From Candidatus Dormiibacterota bacterium (GTDB lineage: Bacteria; Chloroflexota; Dormibacteria; Aeolococcales; Aeolococcaceae): a stretch of 64,000 bases of DNA. Location: assembly GCA_963718525.1 (NCBI GenBank), contig OY970355.1, positions 576,001 to 640,000 on the forward strand. Reading direction: 5' to 3'. A model generated the notes under the pieces. That model worked only from the letters and a program-made list of their open reading frames with translations, did not search any database and was not told the DNA's origin. The translations under genes were made by a program, and so were the position numbers. This document shows, one piece after another, positions 1-10,919 of the stretch (position 1 is the stretch's first letter; every line of letters begins with the position of its first letter).

Positions 1-645
1 AAATCGCTTGCAAGCCTCGAGTGCGACGAACATCACGCCACGGCCCGTCGCCGCGTTGCGTCCCTGGCTGCCGCCCACGGAGAGTGGCTTGCCGGTGACC
101 ACGGCGGGAACGGAGAACCCCTGTTCCATCGAGATGGTGTCCATGATCCAGGCCATGATCTTGGGTGACGTGTTGACGTCCGGAGCGGGGATGTCGTACT
201 CGGGGCCGATGATGACGCTGATCTCGGTGGCATAGCGCCGGGTCATCCGCTCGAGTTCGCCCTCGCTCAGGTGTTTGGGGTCGACGACGATGCCGCCTTT
301 GGCGCCGCCGAACGGCAGCCCTGCGATGGCGCACTTCCACGTCATCCACATCGCCAGGGCCTTGACTTCGTCGAGCGTGACCCCTTGGTGGTAGCGAATG
401 CCGCCCTTGGCCGGCCCCCGGGCCATGTTGTGCTGGACGCGGTATCCCTCGAAAACGCGCACTGAGCCGTCATCCATCTTCACGGGGAAGCTGACGATGA
501 GCTGACGTTTCACCTCGCGGAGCACGGCGCGGAGCCCCGATTCGAGGTGGCTCAACTCCGCAGCTTGATCGAACTGCCGCTGGGCGTTATGCCATGGGTT
601 TTCTGCGGACGCGCTGATATCAGGCGCGGTTGCGATCGCGTTCAC
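1..645 (-). CDS. gdhA: Glu/Leu/Phe/Val (glutamate) dehydrogenase, 3' end outside window
   Basis: Manual minus-strand translation from GTG 645: [15 protein letters not shown]...[34 protein letters not shown], typical GDH N-terminus; absent from ORF track because it runs off the edge. Confidence 0.9.
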   Translation of the reverse strand, partial: MNAIATAPDISASAENPWHNAQRQFDQAAELSHLESGLRAVLREVKRQLIVSFPVKMDDGSVRVFEGYRVQHNMARGPAKGGIRYHQGVTLDEVKALAMWMTWKCAIAGLPFGGAKGGIVVDPKHLSEGELERMTRRYATEISVIIGPEYDIPAPDVNTSPKIMAWIMDTISMEQGFSVPAVVTGKPLSVGGSQGRNAATGRGVMFVALEACKRF

Positions 646-768
646 CTGGACACCTCAGCGAGCCGGCGGCGCCGTCGTCACAGTTCGGCTCGCCGCCTCT
701 GAGCCTACCGCTTCGCCACGGTCTCCCGCGACGTGCCCGGTCACGGCCGGTCTGCATGCCGGGCGCGA

Positions 769-1194
769 CTACGGATCGTGCGGGTGTCGGGAAGCCGCCT
801 GCCTCCGTGCGTGTTCCAGGAGGGTGCTTCTCGGCGGGTTGAAGACATCGATCTCGCGACACGAGGTGCCGTGCGTGCGCGCAGCGTGAGGCACCCAGCT
901 GGGGACGACCGCGACATCACCCTCGCGCATGACGCGAAGGTCGCCATCGATGTCGAACTCGAACTCGCCGGCGATGACGAGGACGATCTGTTCCTCCTCG
1001 TGGACGTGCATCGGGGCCTCGGTGTTCGGCTCGAATGAGACGAAGTTGACCATGGTGCGCTCGCCGAGGACCGGTCGAAAGCTGAGGCCGGGGAGGAACT
1101 CGACGGATTCAATCGAATCGACATCGACGAAACGTCCCGGTGCGGTCGGCGTCCCGTCCGAACGTGTCGTGAAGTGTTGTTCAGCCTCGGTCAT
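769..1194 (-). CDS. Cupin domain protein
   Basis: Cupin motifs PMHVHEEEQ and GDVAVVPSWVPH, then EIDVFNPPR. Confidence 0.85.
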   Translation of the reverse strand: MTEAEQHFTTRSDGTPTAPGRFVDVDSIESVEFLPGLSFRPVLGERTMVNFVSFEPNTEAPMHVHEEEQIVLVIAGEFEFDIDGDLRVMREGDVAVVPSWVPHAARTHGTSCREIDVFNPPRSTLLEHARRQAASRHPHDP

Positions 1195-1279
1195 TCGACT
1201 TCCAGAGAGGTTCGCAGGCGCATGTGCAACGTTTGCGATCGAACGGGCACATGCTAGCTCATAGGATTGATGCCATGGC

Positions 1280-2464
1280 TCAGTCGGAGTGGCGGACCAT
1301 GGGCGCGAGGACAGCGATCAGACCGCAGCACACAACCACCGCGATCAAGGCCCGCGCGAGCGTGAATGCCTGTGCTGCAAACCCAATCAATGGAGGTCCG
1401 GCGAGAAGCCCTGCATAGCCCGCGGACGCGACGGCGGCAATAGCCACCCGGGGCGCGAGGGATCTCGATCGACCTGCGGCACTGAAGAGCGTTGGAACCA
1501 CGTTGGCAAGACCGAGACCAACCAAACCGAATCCGGCGATAGCGAGGGCTGGGCGGCCGAGAAGCAACGTTGCGGTCAAACCCAGAGCGGCCAGGGCGCC
1601 CCCGCCGCGCAAGATCAAAGCGGCGCCCAGACGGCTCGTCAGCCAGTCGCCGCTCAGGCGTCCTATGGCCATTGCAACCGAGAACGCCGCGAATGCAGTC
1701 GCTGAGAACGCCGCATCGGCCCCGAGTGACTTGTGCAGGTACAGGGCACTCCAATCGCCGCTGGCTCCCTCTGCCAGAAGGCTGCAGAAGGCCATGATGC
1801 CGAGCGCCGCCATCGGCCAGGAAAGCAGCCTTCCAGGGTGCACGCGTCCCGTGGGCAGCCGGCCCCTGGTATGCGGCTCTGCGGTCGGAAGCCACTGTTG
1901 GCCGGTGATTGCGGCGGTACCAAGAAGCAGCGCGGGCCAGAGCGCGCGGTTGAACGATGCTACGTGTGCAACCGCCAGAGCTCCGCTGACGAGCGCGCCG
2001 GCAAACCCACCGATGCTGTAGAAGGCGTGGAAGGTCGACATGAGTGGTCTTTGATACGAGGCTTCGACGAATGCGCCCTGTATGTTCATCGCGACGTCCA
2101 TTGTTGCGAGGGCTCCGCCAAAGACGACCAAGGTCAATGTCAGCACCGGTAGCGTCGGCGCCAATACGAGGAGCGGCAACACGACGCAGGACACGATCGC
2201 AGCAAGCGTCACAACCCTTCGGCCGCCCGCTCGCCCGACCAGCCAGCTGGTTGACGGCGTGGCGACCACTGCGCCGACCGCCACGCCGAGCAGTGCGATG
2301 CCGAGCTCGCCGGCACTTAGAGCGAGCTTCTGCTGCACCGCGGGTATCAGCGGTACCCATGTTGCCAGAACCGCACCGTTGACAAAGAACATGATCAGGA
2401 CCGCACCGCGCGCGGATCGCGGCCGGGTCCGAAATTCTCCAGCCGTCGCGCTCCCGGGCGTCAC
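1280..2464 (-). CDS. MFS transporter
   Basis: About 12 hydrophobic segments; DVAMN, MSTFHAFYSIG, EGASGDWSALYL, GRLSGDWL motifs. Confidence 0.9.
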   Translation of the reverse strand: MTPGSATAGEFRTRPRSARGAVLIMFFVNGAVLATWVPLIPAVQQKLALSAGELGIALLGVAVGAVVATPSTSWLVGRAGGRRVVTLAAIVSCVVLPLLVLAPTLPVLTLTLVVFGGALATMDVAMNIQGAFVEASYQRPLMSTFHAFYSIGGFAGALVSGALAVAHVASFNRALWPALLLGTAAITGQQWLPTAEPHTRGRLPTGRVHPGRLLSWPMAALGIMAFCSLLAEGASGDWSALYLHKSLGADAAFSATAFAAFSVAMAIGRLSGDWLTSRLGAALILRGGGALAALGLTATLLLGRPALAIAGFGLVGLGLANVVPTLFSAAGRSRSLAPRVAIAAVASAGYAGLLAGPPLIGFAAQAFTLARALIAVVVCCGLIAVLAPMVRHSD

Positions 2465-2492
2465 CCCTGACGTACTGGCAATGCTGAATTGG

Positions 2493-4616
2493 TCACAACA
2501 GGTCGGTGATCAGCTGCGCCGCATGCGAGGCGCCGTCCGTCTCGACCGCAACGTAGTCCACCCGGCGACCGACCTCGTGGGCGATCGCCTCGGCAATCGA
2601 CGCGCTGGTCTCCTGTTCGTAGTTCATGCAGCGCCCGGCGCCGTACCGCTGCAGCCGATGGTGCACGTGGAAGCTCTGCTCGAAGTGATGACGAAGCGGA
2701 AAATAGATGAACGGCCGCCGGCTCGCTGCGAGCTCCATGCACGTCGTGAGGCCGCCCTGCACAACTGCCAAGTCGCAGACTGCAAGGTGGCGGTAGAGCT
2801 CATGCACATATGAGCGCACCTCCACACCCTCAGGCGCGGGAAGGGTTGCCGGATCGATCCGTGGACCGGCGACGACGACCATGCGCAGGTTCGGCACGAG
2901 CTGCTTGGCAGCCGGGTAGGCGTCGACGACCTTGCGGAGCAGGCTGAGCCCGACACCGGATCCTCCCACGGTGACGATGCATATCCGCTCGCCCGGTCCA
3001 TACCCGAGCTCGGCACGAATCCGTTCTCTGTCAGCGAATCGGGCGGGATCGAACCCCGTGACGTATCCGGCGAAATCGAAATGCGTATTCGTCCACTCAC
3101 GGATCGAAGGGAGGCCAGCGCCGAACGTATCGGGCACGATGTCAGCAGCGTTCCCCACGAAGATGGCCCGGTCGCGCACCCGGGGATAGCGAGCAATCTG
3201 CTCGATCATCTCGGCGTTGTAGTCGGCGGTGAGAGCGCTTTCTGAAGCGCCGCCGTCCGGCATGGGCAGGAAGCCAACGAAATCGGTGAGCCAGACGTAG
3301 GCAGCACGTTTCTCCTCCGGGTTCTCGTGCAGATAGTAGTCGAGCTCCCAGGCCTCGTCGCCGATCCACAGGTCGTACGGCTGGTCGCGAACGATGTCGT
3401 GGAACACCATGAAGTTGGCGAGAAGAATCTCGTCCATGCGTCGCAAGGCCTGGAAGCACTGCAGGTCGTGCTCGGCCAACTCGCTCTCGATGTGATGCAA
3501 CTCGTTGGCAAGCTCCGCGCTCGCCGGATGGATGCGCTCCCCCCGGGCCTGTAGAACGGTCGTGACCGGGTGCTGGGCCAGCCAGTCGATCTCGAGGTCG
3601 GGATGGAGCCGGCGCAGCTCGTCGGCGATCGCGATGTCGCGCTGCGCGTGACCGAGGCCGATGGGGGACGAGATGTATAACGCGCGCTTACGGCGTCGCG
3701 TGGCGCTCGACCATTGAGCAGCGGGTTTCGGAGGACAGGCAAAATCGCGGATCAGCGCGTTCACCTTGACCGGCTGACGCGCCGGGGGGCCGTGCCCCGC
3801 ACCCTCGAGACTGACGAGGGTCGCGCCCATGAGCTCGGCGAGCGCTGCCCCGGAGTCATGCGAACGTATGGCGTCGTCGGTCCCGTGAACGACGAGCACG
3901 GGGCAGTGGATGCGCTCGACGAGCCTGCGGAGCGTTGGCTCGTCGACCTCCGGGCCAGCCGCGGTGGCGATGAGCGTTTCCGGCGTGGTCTCCTTCCCCC
4001 AGCCCACCGCGTCTTCGATCTGCTTGGTCGAGTGCGGATCCGTGAACACCTGCGAAAAGAAGAAGGAGAGGAAGTCCTCGTAGTTCTGCATCCAGTAATG
4101 CCGATTGAACTTGAACCATCCCTCGTAGGGAGGCCGCAGCTCGTCAAATGCCGCCATCGCCTCAGCGCGGCTGAGCTGCGCGCCGATCGGTACTGCGGGG
4201 CCAATGAGGACGATGCCGCTGACGCGCGCCGGCTCCTCCGCGGCCAGCACCACGGCACGCTGAGCTCCCACTGACCAGGCAACCAGGATTGCGCTGTCGG
4301 TCTCCGTCGCGTCGAGCACAGCAAGCGCGTCGGCGGCGTACTCGGTTTCAGCGTATGCCTCAGGCTCGGGTGGGCGGTCGGACAGGCCGTTGCCACGACC
4401 ATCGAAGGTCACCACGCGGCAGTGTCGCGAGAGATACGGAATCTGCATCTTCCAGCAGCGCGAGTGAACGATCGACCACGCAGGAAGCAGAAGGATGGTC
4501 GGCGCGCCGTTGCCATACACCTCGTAGAAGGTGCGGACGCCGGCGCGCTCGACGTACCCCTCCGAGTCGGGATAGCGCGCCCGGCTTTGTTCCGGGCGCG
4601 CTCCCCTAATCGTCAA
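2493..4616 (-). CDS. Alpha/beta hydrolase fused to GT-B (MurG/GT28-like) glycosyltransferase
   Basis: N-terminal FDGRGNGLSDRP, AWSVGA nucleophile elbow, HGTDD, GAGH; C-terminal SSPIGLGHAQR, TVGGSGVG, CDLAVVQGGLTTCMEL. Confidence 0.85.
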   Translation of the reverse strand: MTIRGARPEQSRARYPDSEGYVERAGVRTFYEVYGNGAPTILLLPAWSIVHSRCWKMQIPYLSRHCRVVTFDGRGNGLSDRPPEPEAYAETEYAADALAVLDATETDSAILVAWSVGAQRAVVLAAEEPARVSGIVLIGPAVPIGAQLSRAEAMAAFDELRPPYEGWFKFNRHYWMQNYEDFLSFFFSQVFTDPHSTKQIEDAVGWGKETTPETLIATAAGPEVDEPTLRRLVERIHCPVLVVHGTDDAIRSHDSGAALAELMGATLVSLEGAGHGPPARQPVKVNALIRDFACPPKPAAQWSSATRRRKRALYISSPIGLGHAQRDIAIADELRRLHPDLEIDWLAQHPVTTVLQARGERIHPASAELANELHHIESELAEHDLQCFQALRRMDEILLANFMVFHDIVRDQPYDLWIGDEAWELDYYLHENPEEKRAAYVWLTDFVGFLPMPDGGASESALTADYNAEMIEQIARYPRVRDRAIFVGNAADIVPDTFGAGLPSIREWTNTHFDFAGYVTGFDPARFADRERIRAELGYGPGERICIVTVGGSGVGLSLLRKVVDAYPAAKQLVPNLRMVVVAGPRIDPATLPAPEGVEVRSYVHELYRHLAVCDLAVVQGGLTTCMELAASRRPFIYFPLRHHFEQSFHVHHRLQRYGAGRCMNYEQETSASIAEAIAHEVGRRVDYVAVETDGASHAAQLITDLL

Positions 4617-4627
4617 CGTCTTCAGGT

Positions 4628-5707
4628 TCAGGGCCTCGCCTCATACACGATGTTGAACGGAGTCTCCGCTGCCCGACGGAAGCGTGTGAAGCCGCCCGCA
4701 CTGACGACGTCGCGGATACGCGCCTCGCCGGCCTGCGCACCGAGCGCCAGCCCGACCTCCTGCGACAGCGAGGCGGGGGTGCAGAGGAACGTCGAGAAGC
4801 TGTAGTAGGCGCGTCCGACCGGATTGAGATTGTCCTCAACACGGTCGCCGGCAGCGGGTTCGACGATCATCCATGTCCCGTCCGGCGCGATTGCCTCGCG
4901 CACGTGCCGGGCGGCGCCGACCGGGTCGCCCATGTCATGCAGGCAGTCGAACATGGTCACCAGATCGTAGTTGCCGCCGCTGAAGGTTGCAGCACTGGCC
5001 ACCTCGAACTTCGCCCGGCCACCGATCGCCGCGTCTGCCGCACGACGGCGCGCAACTTCGATCGACCCATCGTGATAGTCCGAGCCGGCGAAGGTCGAGT
5101 TCGGATACGCAGCCGCCATGAGGATGGTGGACGCGCCGTGGCCGCATCCCACGTCGGCGACGTGAGCGCCCCGCTCGAGCTTGCTCACAACGCCGTCGAG
5201 TGCTGGAAGCCAGCTCGAGATTAGGTTGGCGTTGTAGCCGGGGCGGAAGAAGCGCTCGCACCCATCGTGCACATCCGATACGTGGTCGTGCCAGCCGATA
5301 CCCTTGCCGGTGATAGCGGCGTCAACGATGCGCGGCGAGTCGTGGACCGTGCCCAGCGCGATCTGAAAGAACCCGGGCAGAAACGCCGGGCTGTCGGCGT
5401 CGGTGAGCGCCACTGCCTGCTCCGGCGGGAGGATGTAGCGGCCTGTCTCGGCCTGATACTCGACGTAGCCGCCCGCCGCCTGAGCGTTCAGCCACTCGCG
5501 CGTGTATCGCTCGGACACGTTGCAGCGTTCGGCCAACTCGGCCGGGGTCAGCGGTCCGGCGCCGGCCATCGCGCGGTAGAGGCCGAGGCGGTCTCCCATC
5601 ACGACCAGCGCCGTGTTGAGTGTCGCGCCGACCTCCTCAACCGCCCGAAAGACGAAGGCTTCGAGCTTAGCGGGGTCCAGGGCTACGGGTTCCAGGGTTT
5701 GTGTCAT
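4628..5707 (-). CDS. Class I SAM-dependent methyltransferase with N-terminal winged helix (Rv2258c-like)
   Basis: GDRLGLY, ERYTREWL, VADVGCGHG, FDCLHDMGDP, LGAQAGE; ATG 5707 follows AGGAGG. Confidence 0.9.
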   Translation of the reverse strand: MTQTLEPVALDPAKLEAFVFRAVEEVGATLNTALVVMGDRLGLYRAMAGAGPLTPAELAERCNVSERYTREWLNAQAAGGYVEYQAETGRYILPPEQAVALTDADSPAFLPGFFQIALGTVHDSPRIVDAAITGKGIGWHDHVSDVHDGCERFFRPGYNANLISSWLPALDGVVSKLERGAHVADVGCGHGASTILMAAAYPNSTFAGSDYHDGSIEVARRRAADAAIGGRAKFEVASAATFSGGNYDLVTMFDCLHDMGDPVGAARHVREAIAPDGTWMIVEPAAGDRVEDNLNPVGRAYYSFSTFLCTPASLSQEVGLALGAQAGEARIRDVVSAGGFTRFRRAAETPFNIVYEARP

Positions 5708-5838
5708 GCCGCGTCCTCCTAGTTGGATCAACTCGCGGCCGAGCCTATTCACGACCTGCAACCGATCGCGTCAGGGGGGACCCCTAGAAGATTCGTCAGC
5801 GTCTGACCTCCGCATCGGGGTCTCCATACAATCGCGGC

Positions 5839-8568
5839 ATGCTGCTCGGGCGTGAGCGAGAGCGCGCGGCGATCGACGGCCTGCTGGCCACCATCCGCTC
5901 GGGCCGGAGTGCGGTGCTCGCGCTCGTCGGTGAGGCCGGGATTGGGAAAACTTCGATCCTTACCTACGCGGAGGAGGAGGCCACCGGGCTTGCTCTGCTG
6001 CGGGCCCGCGGTGTCGAGTTCGAGATGCAGCTCCCGTTCGCCGGCCTGTACGAGATGCTCCGTCCAGCGCTGCATCTGCTTGGCCGCATTCCGGCGCCGC
6101 GCGCAGCAGCACTCGAGGTTGCGCTCGCACTCCGGCCCAATGTGTCCGGTGGCGATCGATTCGCCGTCGGTGCAGCGACACTGAGCCTGCTCGCCGCCTA
6201 CGCAGAGGAGGCGCCAACGCTCCTGCTCATCGATGACGCCCATCTTCTGGATGCGTCGTCCGCCGAGGCCATCCGTTTCGCGTTGCGCCGGATGCTCGCG
6301 GAGCCGCTCGGGGCGGTTCTTGCAGTGCGTGAGGATGAGCCGTCGTTGCTGGACGATGCAGATCTGCCGACACTCCATGTCGTTGGGCTCGACCGCGCCG
6401 CAGCAACCGGCCTCCTCGGCGGCGTTCCTTCCGAGACGGCCGACCGGTTGTATCTCGCGACCGCTGGGAACCCCCTCGCACTGACCGAGCTGGCAAGGGA
6501 CACGTCGAGACTGGCAACGCTCGCCATCGACGCACCCATTCCCGTCCCGGCCAAGGTCACACGTGCTTTCGCCCGACGAGCTGCGCTGCTTGATGCTTCA
6601 GCGCAACGATTGCTGGCGCTTGCCACCGTCGACGAGTTTGCGGATCTTACGACGATCGACCGAGCCGCGCGATTGCTTGATCTCGATGCTGGGGGTCTTG
6701 CCGCTGCGGAGAAGGCTGGCCTTGTGCGGATTGTGAGCGGACGCGTTGAGTTTCGGCACGCGTTGGCACGAGCCGCGATTTATGGCGCATCACCGCCCGA
6801 ATACCGGCGCGAGGCACATCGGGCGCTGGCCCGTGCGCTCCCGGACCGCGATGTCGACCGGCGTGCCTGGCATCTGGGAGCCGCGGCAACCGGAACCGAC
6901 GCCACTGCGTCCGCAGCCCTCGAGCAGGCGGGATTGCGCGCACGACAGCGGAGCGCGTATGCCGTGTCGAGCGCGGCATTTGAACGGGCCGCACGGCTCG
7001 CTCCTAACGATGAGGGTCAGGCCCGCCTGCTCGCGGCGGCCGCTGAGACGACGTGGCTGGCAGGGTTCGCCGACCGGGCAATCGTGCTCCTGCAGGAGTC
7101 GCGCGCACTTGCCATGGAGACCGACCTGCTCGTGCAAATCGACCGGCTGCGCGGGCAAATCGCCGCGCGACGAGGTCCGGTCATGGAGGGCCATGCCATC
7201 CTCGTTGCCGCCGCGGACCGCGTGGCAACGGCGGCTCCTGACCTCGCCATCGGGTTACTCGCAGATGCGGTGGATGCGGCCTTTTATGCTGGCGACGTTG
7301 CCGCAATGGCGGGAAGCGCCCGGCGGATGACCGAGTTGTTGAGTCCAGCCGCGTCGACGCGATCACGGTTCCTCGCAGCCGCGACCACCGGCATGGCAAT
7401 GGTCTTCACCCGTGGCGCTCGCCTGGGCATCGAGTTGATGCGCACTGCGAAGACGCTCCTCGACCAGGATGACCATCTGCGCCACGACACGGATCTGCTC
7501 CCGTGGATCGTCATGGTGCCTCTGTATCTCCGCGAATCCGGCTCGGCTCGCTCGTTGGTTGATGAAGCAATCGACACGGCCCGAGCTCGCGCGGCACTCG
7601 GCATTCTGCCGTGGCTGCTCAATCGTGTGGCCCGCGACCACGCAGGAGCCGTCGAGTGGAGTTGCGCGAGTGTTGAATACGACGAGGCGGTGCGGCTCGC
7701 TCACGAGACCGGTCAACGCACCGAACTCGGTGCAGCGCTCGCCGGCTGGGCGTGGCTCGAGGCCCGCCAGGGGCGCGAGGCTGATTGTCGCGCACACGCC
7801 GCCGAGGCGCTAACGCTCTGCGCGGAGCTCGGGACGCACCTCTTTGAGATCTGGGCGATCCGCGCATTGGGCGAACTCGAGCTGGGGCTGGGTCGAGCCT
7901 CAGCCGCGATCGAACATCTCGAGGACGGCAATGCGCGGCTCGAGGCACACGGCATCGAGGACGTGGATCTCGTGCCGAATGCCGAGCTGATTGACGCATA
8001 CCTCCGCGTGGGTCGACGGGCGGATGCCGAGCAGCTGGTACAGGAACTCGACCTTGAAGCGACCCGGAAAGGGCAGCCATGGTCGCTGGCTCGCGCAGCC
8101 CGGTGTCGCGGCCTTGTCGCGACGGACGACGAGTTTGAGCACCACTTCGACAACGCCGTGAAGCTGCATGTGCAAACGCCCGATGTTTTCGAGCTTGGCA
8201 TTACACGGTTTGCGTACGGCGGCCGACTTCGGCGCCAGCGCCAACGGACACGCGCTCGCGACGAGCTCCGAATGGCACTCGAGATTTTTGAAGGACTTGG
8301 AGCTCAGCCGTGGGCCGAGATGACACGCGGCGAACTCCTCGCCACCGGTGAAACCGCGCGGCGGCGAGACGCGTCCGCCACGGATACGCTCACGCGCCAG
8401 GAGCTCCGTATCGCACAGATCCTCGCGACCGGTAGGACGACACGGGAAACTGCTGCCGCCCTCTTCCTGAGTCCGAAGACGATTGAGTATCACCTGCGCA
8501 GCATTTACGGGAAGCTGGGCATTAGTTCACGGGGCGAGTTGGCTTCAGCCATCGAATCACGGGACTGA
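5839..8568 (+). CDS. STAND/AAA ATPase-TPR-LuxR HTH regulator (LAL-like)
   Basis: GRERE, Walker A GEAGIGKT, LLLIDDAH, GNPLAL, FRHAL; C-terminal LTRQELRIA...LSPKTIEYHLRSIYGKLGI; TACAAT 6 nt before ATG. Confidence 0.93.
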   Translation: MLLGRERERAAIDGLLATIRSGRSAVLALVGEAGIGKTSILTYAEEEATGLALLRARGVEFEMQLPFAGLYEMLRPALHLLGRIPAPRAAALEVALALRPNVSGGDRFAVGAATLSLLAAYAEEAPTLLLIDDAHLLDASSAEAIRFALRRMLAEPLGAVLAVREDEPSLLDDADLPTLHVVGLDRAAATGLLGGVPSETADRLYLATAGNPLALTELARDTSRLATLAIDAPIPVPAKVTRAFARRAALLDASAQRLLALATVDEFADLTTIDRAARLLDLDAGGLAAAEKAGLVRIVSGRVEFRHALARAAIYGASPPEYRREAHRALARALPDRDVDRRAWHLGAAATGTDATASAALEQAGLRARQRSAYAVSSAAFERAARLAPNDEGQARLLAAAAETTWLAGFADRAIVLLQESRALAMETDLLVQIDRLRGQIAARRGPVMEGHAILVAAADRVATAAPDLAIGLLADAVDAAFYAGDVAAMAGSARRMTELLSPAASTRSRFLAAATTGMAMVFTRGARLGIELMRTAKTLLDQDDHLRHDTDLLPWIVMVPLYLRESGSARSLVDEAIDTARARAALGILPWLLNRVARDHAGAVEWSCASVEYDEAVRLAHETGQRTELGAALAGWAWLEARQGREADCRAHAAEALTLCAELGTHLFEIWAIRALGELELGLGRASAAIEHLEDGNARLEAHGIEDVDLVPNAELIDAYLRVGRRADAEQLVQELDLEATRKGQPWSLARAARCRGLVATDDEFEHHFDNAVKLHVQTPDVFELGITRFAYGGRLRRQRQRTRARDELRMALEIFEGLGAQPWAEMTRGELLATGETARRRDASATDTLTRQELRIAQILATGRTTRETAAALFLSPKTIEYHLRSIYGKLGISSRGELASAIESRD

Positions 8569-8808
8569 CATGCGCGGTCGCGGGAGGCAGCGGGCGCGTT
8601 GCGCGCCCCATCGCGGCGCAAGTGCCACGCCGTTGACGCTTGGCGCCTGAGTGGCCTCGACAGTCTCTCATTAGATCAAGGCAATCAGCTGTTCCCTCGA
8701 TTTCGACGCGCCACGCGCTGATGCCAAAGTATCCCTCCCACCTCCAGCGCCACGGGCTCGCTGAATTCCAGTGGGCGGCCTACTCCGCCATCTTGTTCGT
8801 CCAGTGGC

Positions 8809-10716
8809 TCAGACGTACGTGAACTTGTGACTCTTCGCCGATATTCCGCCTGGCGAGTGAACGACCACGCTCACGCTCCCTGCCGCATGTGCTGGGCTCG
8901 TCGCTGTGATCTCCGTGTCAGAGACGACGTGAAAGCTCGCCGCCTTACCCGCGAAGGTGACCAGCGTTGCCCCGGTCAAATTGCTGCCCGTGATGGTGAC
9001 GAAAGTGCCACCCGCTGCCGGACCGCTGGTCGGACTGATCGTCTTGACAATCGGGGCCGTGCCCCCGGTGGTATACGTGAACTGGTCCGACGTGCTGGTG
9101 GCGGACGTGCCGCTCCCCGTCGTCACGCGGACATCGACCGTGCCGCTGCCGGCCGGGCTGGTCGACGTTATCTCCGTGTTCGAGACAGGGGTGAATGCCG
9201 CCGCGGTGCCTCCGAATGTGACCGAAGTGGCACCGCTCAAGTTGAGCCCGCTGATGGTCACGGCGGTTCCCCCAGCCGGTGGCCCGCTACTCGGGCTGAC
9301 GCCGGAGACGACAGGAGACGTTCCGAGGGCGAGGATATAGAGGTTACCGTCGACGCCGGCGTCGAACACCTCACCGGCCGACACCGCCGGCGAGGCTGTG
9401 ATCTCGGTCGTCGTCGAACCGATGTTGAACGCCGTCAGCGATGACCCATTCGAGACCCGGTAGGCGTCGATATTGCCCCCCTTGTCAGGGCGAAGGACGA
9501 CCTGGTTCCCTGAGCCTCCGGACACCACCGGAGAGGCGCGAGAATGCGCTGGCGAGGCGGCTGTCCGCCAAATCAGCGTCGTGGTTCCGGTGCCTGTGGC
9601 CGTCGCACTTACGGCGTACACCCACTTGCAGAAGTTGAAGAGAACCATCGTGCCTACGAGCGCAGTTCCCGAGACGGGGTCGCTACTGCAATTCACCGTG
9701 CTCAGATCAAAGTCCCAATACAGCGCGCCCGTGGTGAAATCGAGCGCGTACTCGTGCTGGTCCTTGCCCATCACATAGACAGCGCCGTCGGTGATGCCAT
9801 TGCCACCGGGCAGCGAAATCGTCGGAGCTGCGCCGACATCCGAGTCAGCGCCCACCGCGGTTTGGAAACGCCACACCATGGCGCCGGTCGCAGCGTTGAG
9901 ACCGTACACGGAGTCATCCGGTTGGTTGCTGCCGAAGACCAGGAGCTGGCGCCCGAGCCTATCGGTTCCGAGCGCGGGCGACGACCAGCTTCCGCCGTCG
10001 GCGCCGTGGTTGGTGTTGTTCCAACTGTTGAACATCCAACGCTCGGTGCAAGCCGCACCCGCACTGTTGCCGACACCGTAGAGCGCCCATTCGTGACCCG
10101 CGTTTCGGGCTTCACTCTTTCCAGTGTCGCCGAAGAAGACCGTGGGACCGGTGCTGTCGATGTCCTCAACGAGCGGGGACGCCTCGATGCGACCACCGGT
10201 GTTGAAGGTGCAATCCAGTGCACCTGTCGTGGCATCGAAGGCATACAGGTTGAAGTCCTCACTCCCGAAGTACACCGTATTGTCAAATACTGTCGGCGAG
10301 GAGTACGCATCTTGGGGGAGCGGCTTCTGCCAGAGAATCGCACCCGTGGCCGCATTCACGGCTGCGACGGAGGGCGCCCCCGACGTCACAACGTAGACGA
10401 CGTTCTCGTTGAGAGTCGTGTTGTAGGCCACCGCCGGTGACGAGAGGATGAAGCCGCCGAGGGCCACCTTGTGTTTCAGGGTGAATGCGTCCCAACTCGA
10501 AGCACTGACCGTCGTGTCCGGCGACACGCTGGTATGGGTCGCGTTGTACCCAAGCATCGGGTAGTCGGTCCCCGTGCTCGCGTGCGCAACGATAGGCCGT
10601 GCAGCGCCGAGAGCCCCAACCACGACCGCGGCGACAAGCCCGAAGCCGATTATTGCGTGACGCTCTCTGGCGGGCGTGGTAAACCCAAGCGCCCCTGAAA
10701 GTGCCCCCATGCTCAT
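8809..10716 (-). CDS. Secreted PQQ-like (BamB-type) beta-propeller with two IPT/TIG domains
   Basis: Signal-like N-terminus, repeated SSPAV and DATTG..W motifs, C-terminal VSPSSGPPAGGTAVTISG x2; start placed at ATG after AAGGGG. Confidence 0.85.
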   Translation of the reverse strand: MSMGALSGALGFTTPARERHAIIGFGLVAAVVVGALGAARPIVAHASTGTDYPMLGYNATHTSVSPDTTVSASSWDAFTLKHKVALGGFILSSPAVAYNTTLNENVVYVVTSGAPSVAAVNAATGAILWQKPLPQDAYSSPTVFDNTVYFGSEDFNLYAFDATTGALDCTFNTGGRIEASPLVEDIDSTGPTVFFGDTGKSEARNAGHEWALYGVGNSAGAACTERWMFNSWNNTNHGADGGSWSSPALGTDRLGRQLLVFGSNQPDDSVYGLNAATGAMVWRFQTAVGADSDVGAAPTISLPGGNGITDGAVYVMGKDQHEYALDFTTGALYWDFDLSTVNCSSDPVSGTALVGTMVLFNFCKWVYAVSATATGTGTTTLIWRTAASPAHSRASPVVSGGSGNQVVLRPDKGGNIDAYRVSNGSSLTAFNIGSTTTEITASPAVSAGEVFDAGVDGNLYILALGTSPVVSGVSPSSGPPAGGTAVTISGLNLSGATSVTFGGTAAAFTPVSNTEITSTSPAGSGTVDVRVTTGSGTSATSTSDQFTYTTGGTAPIVKTISPTSGPAAGGTFVTITGSNLTGATLVTFAGKAASFHVVSDTEITATSPAHAAGSVSVVVHSPGGISAKSHKFTYV

Positions 10717-10919
10717 TCCCCCTTTGAACGCGTCCGACCCGAGTCCCGCGGACACCGAGGTCGCTGGCACGACTCTAGCACCCTGGGTCAGGAGACGCAA
10801 TTGGCCACATTGGTTCCTTTGCGGGGCGCTCAGGTCTATCGCTCGCGGCTCCTCGCCGGCGACCCCCCGGATGCGCTACGCTTCAGGTCGCATTTCGCGC
10901 GTTGGGGAGACGGAAGGGG

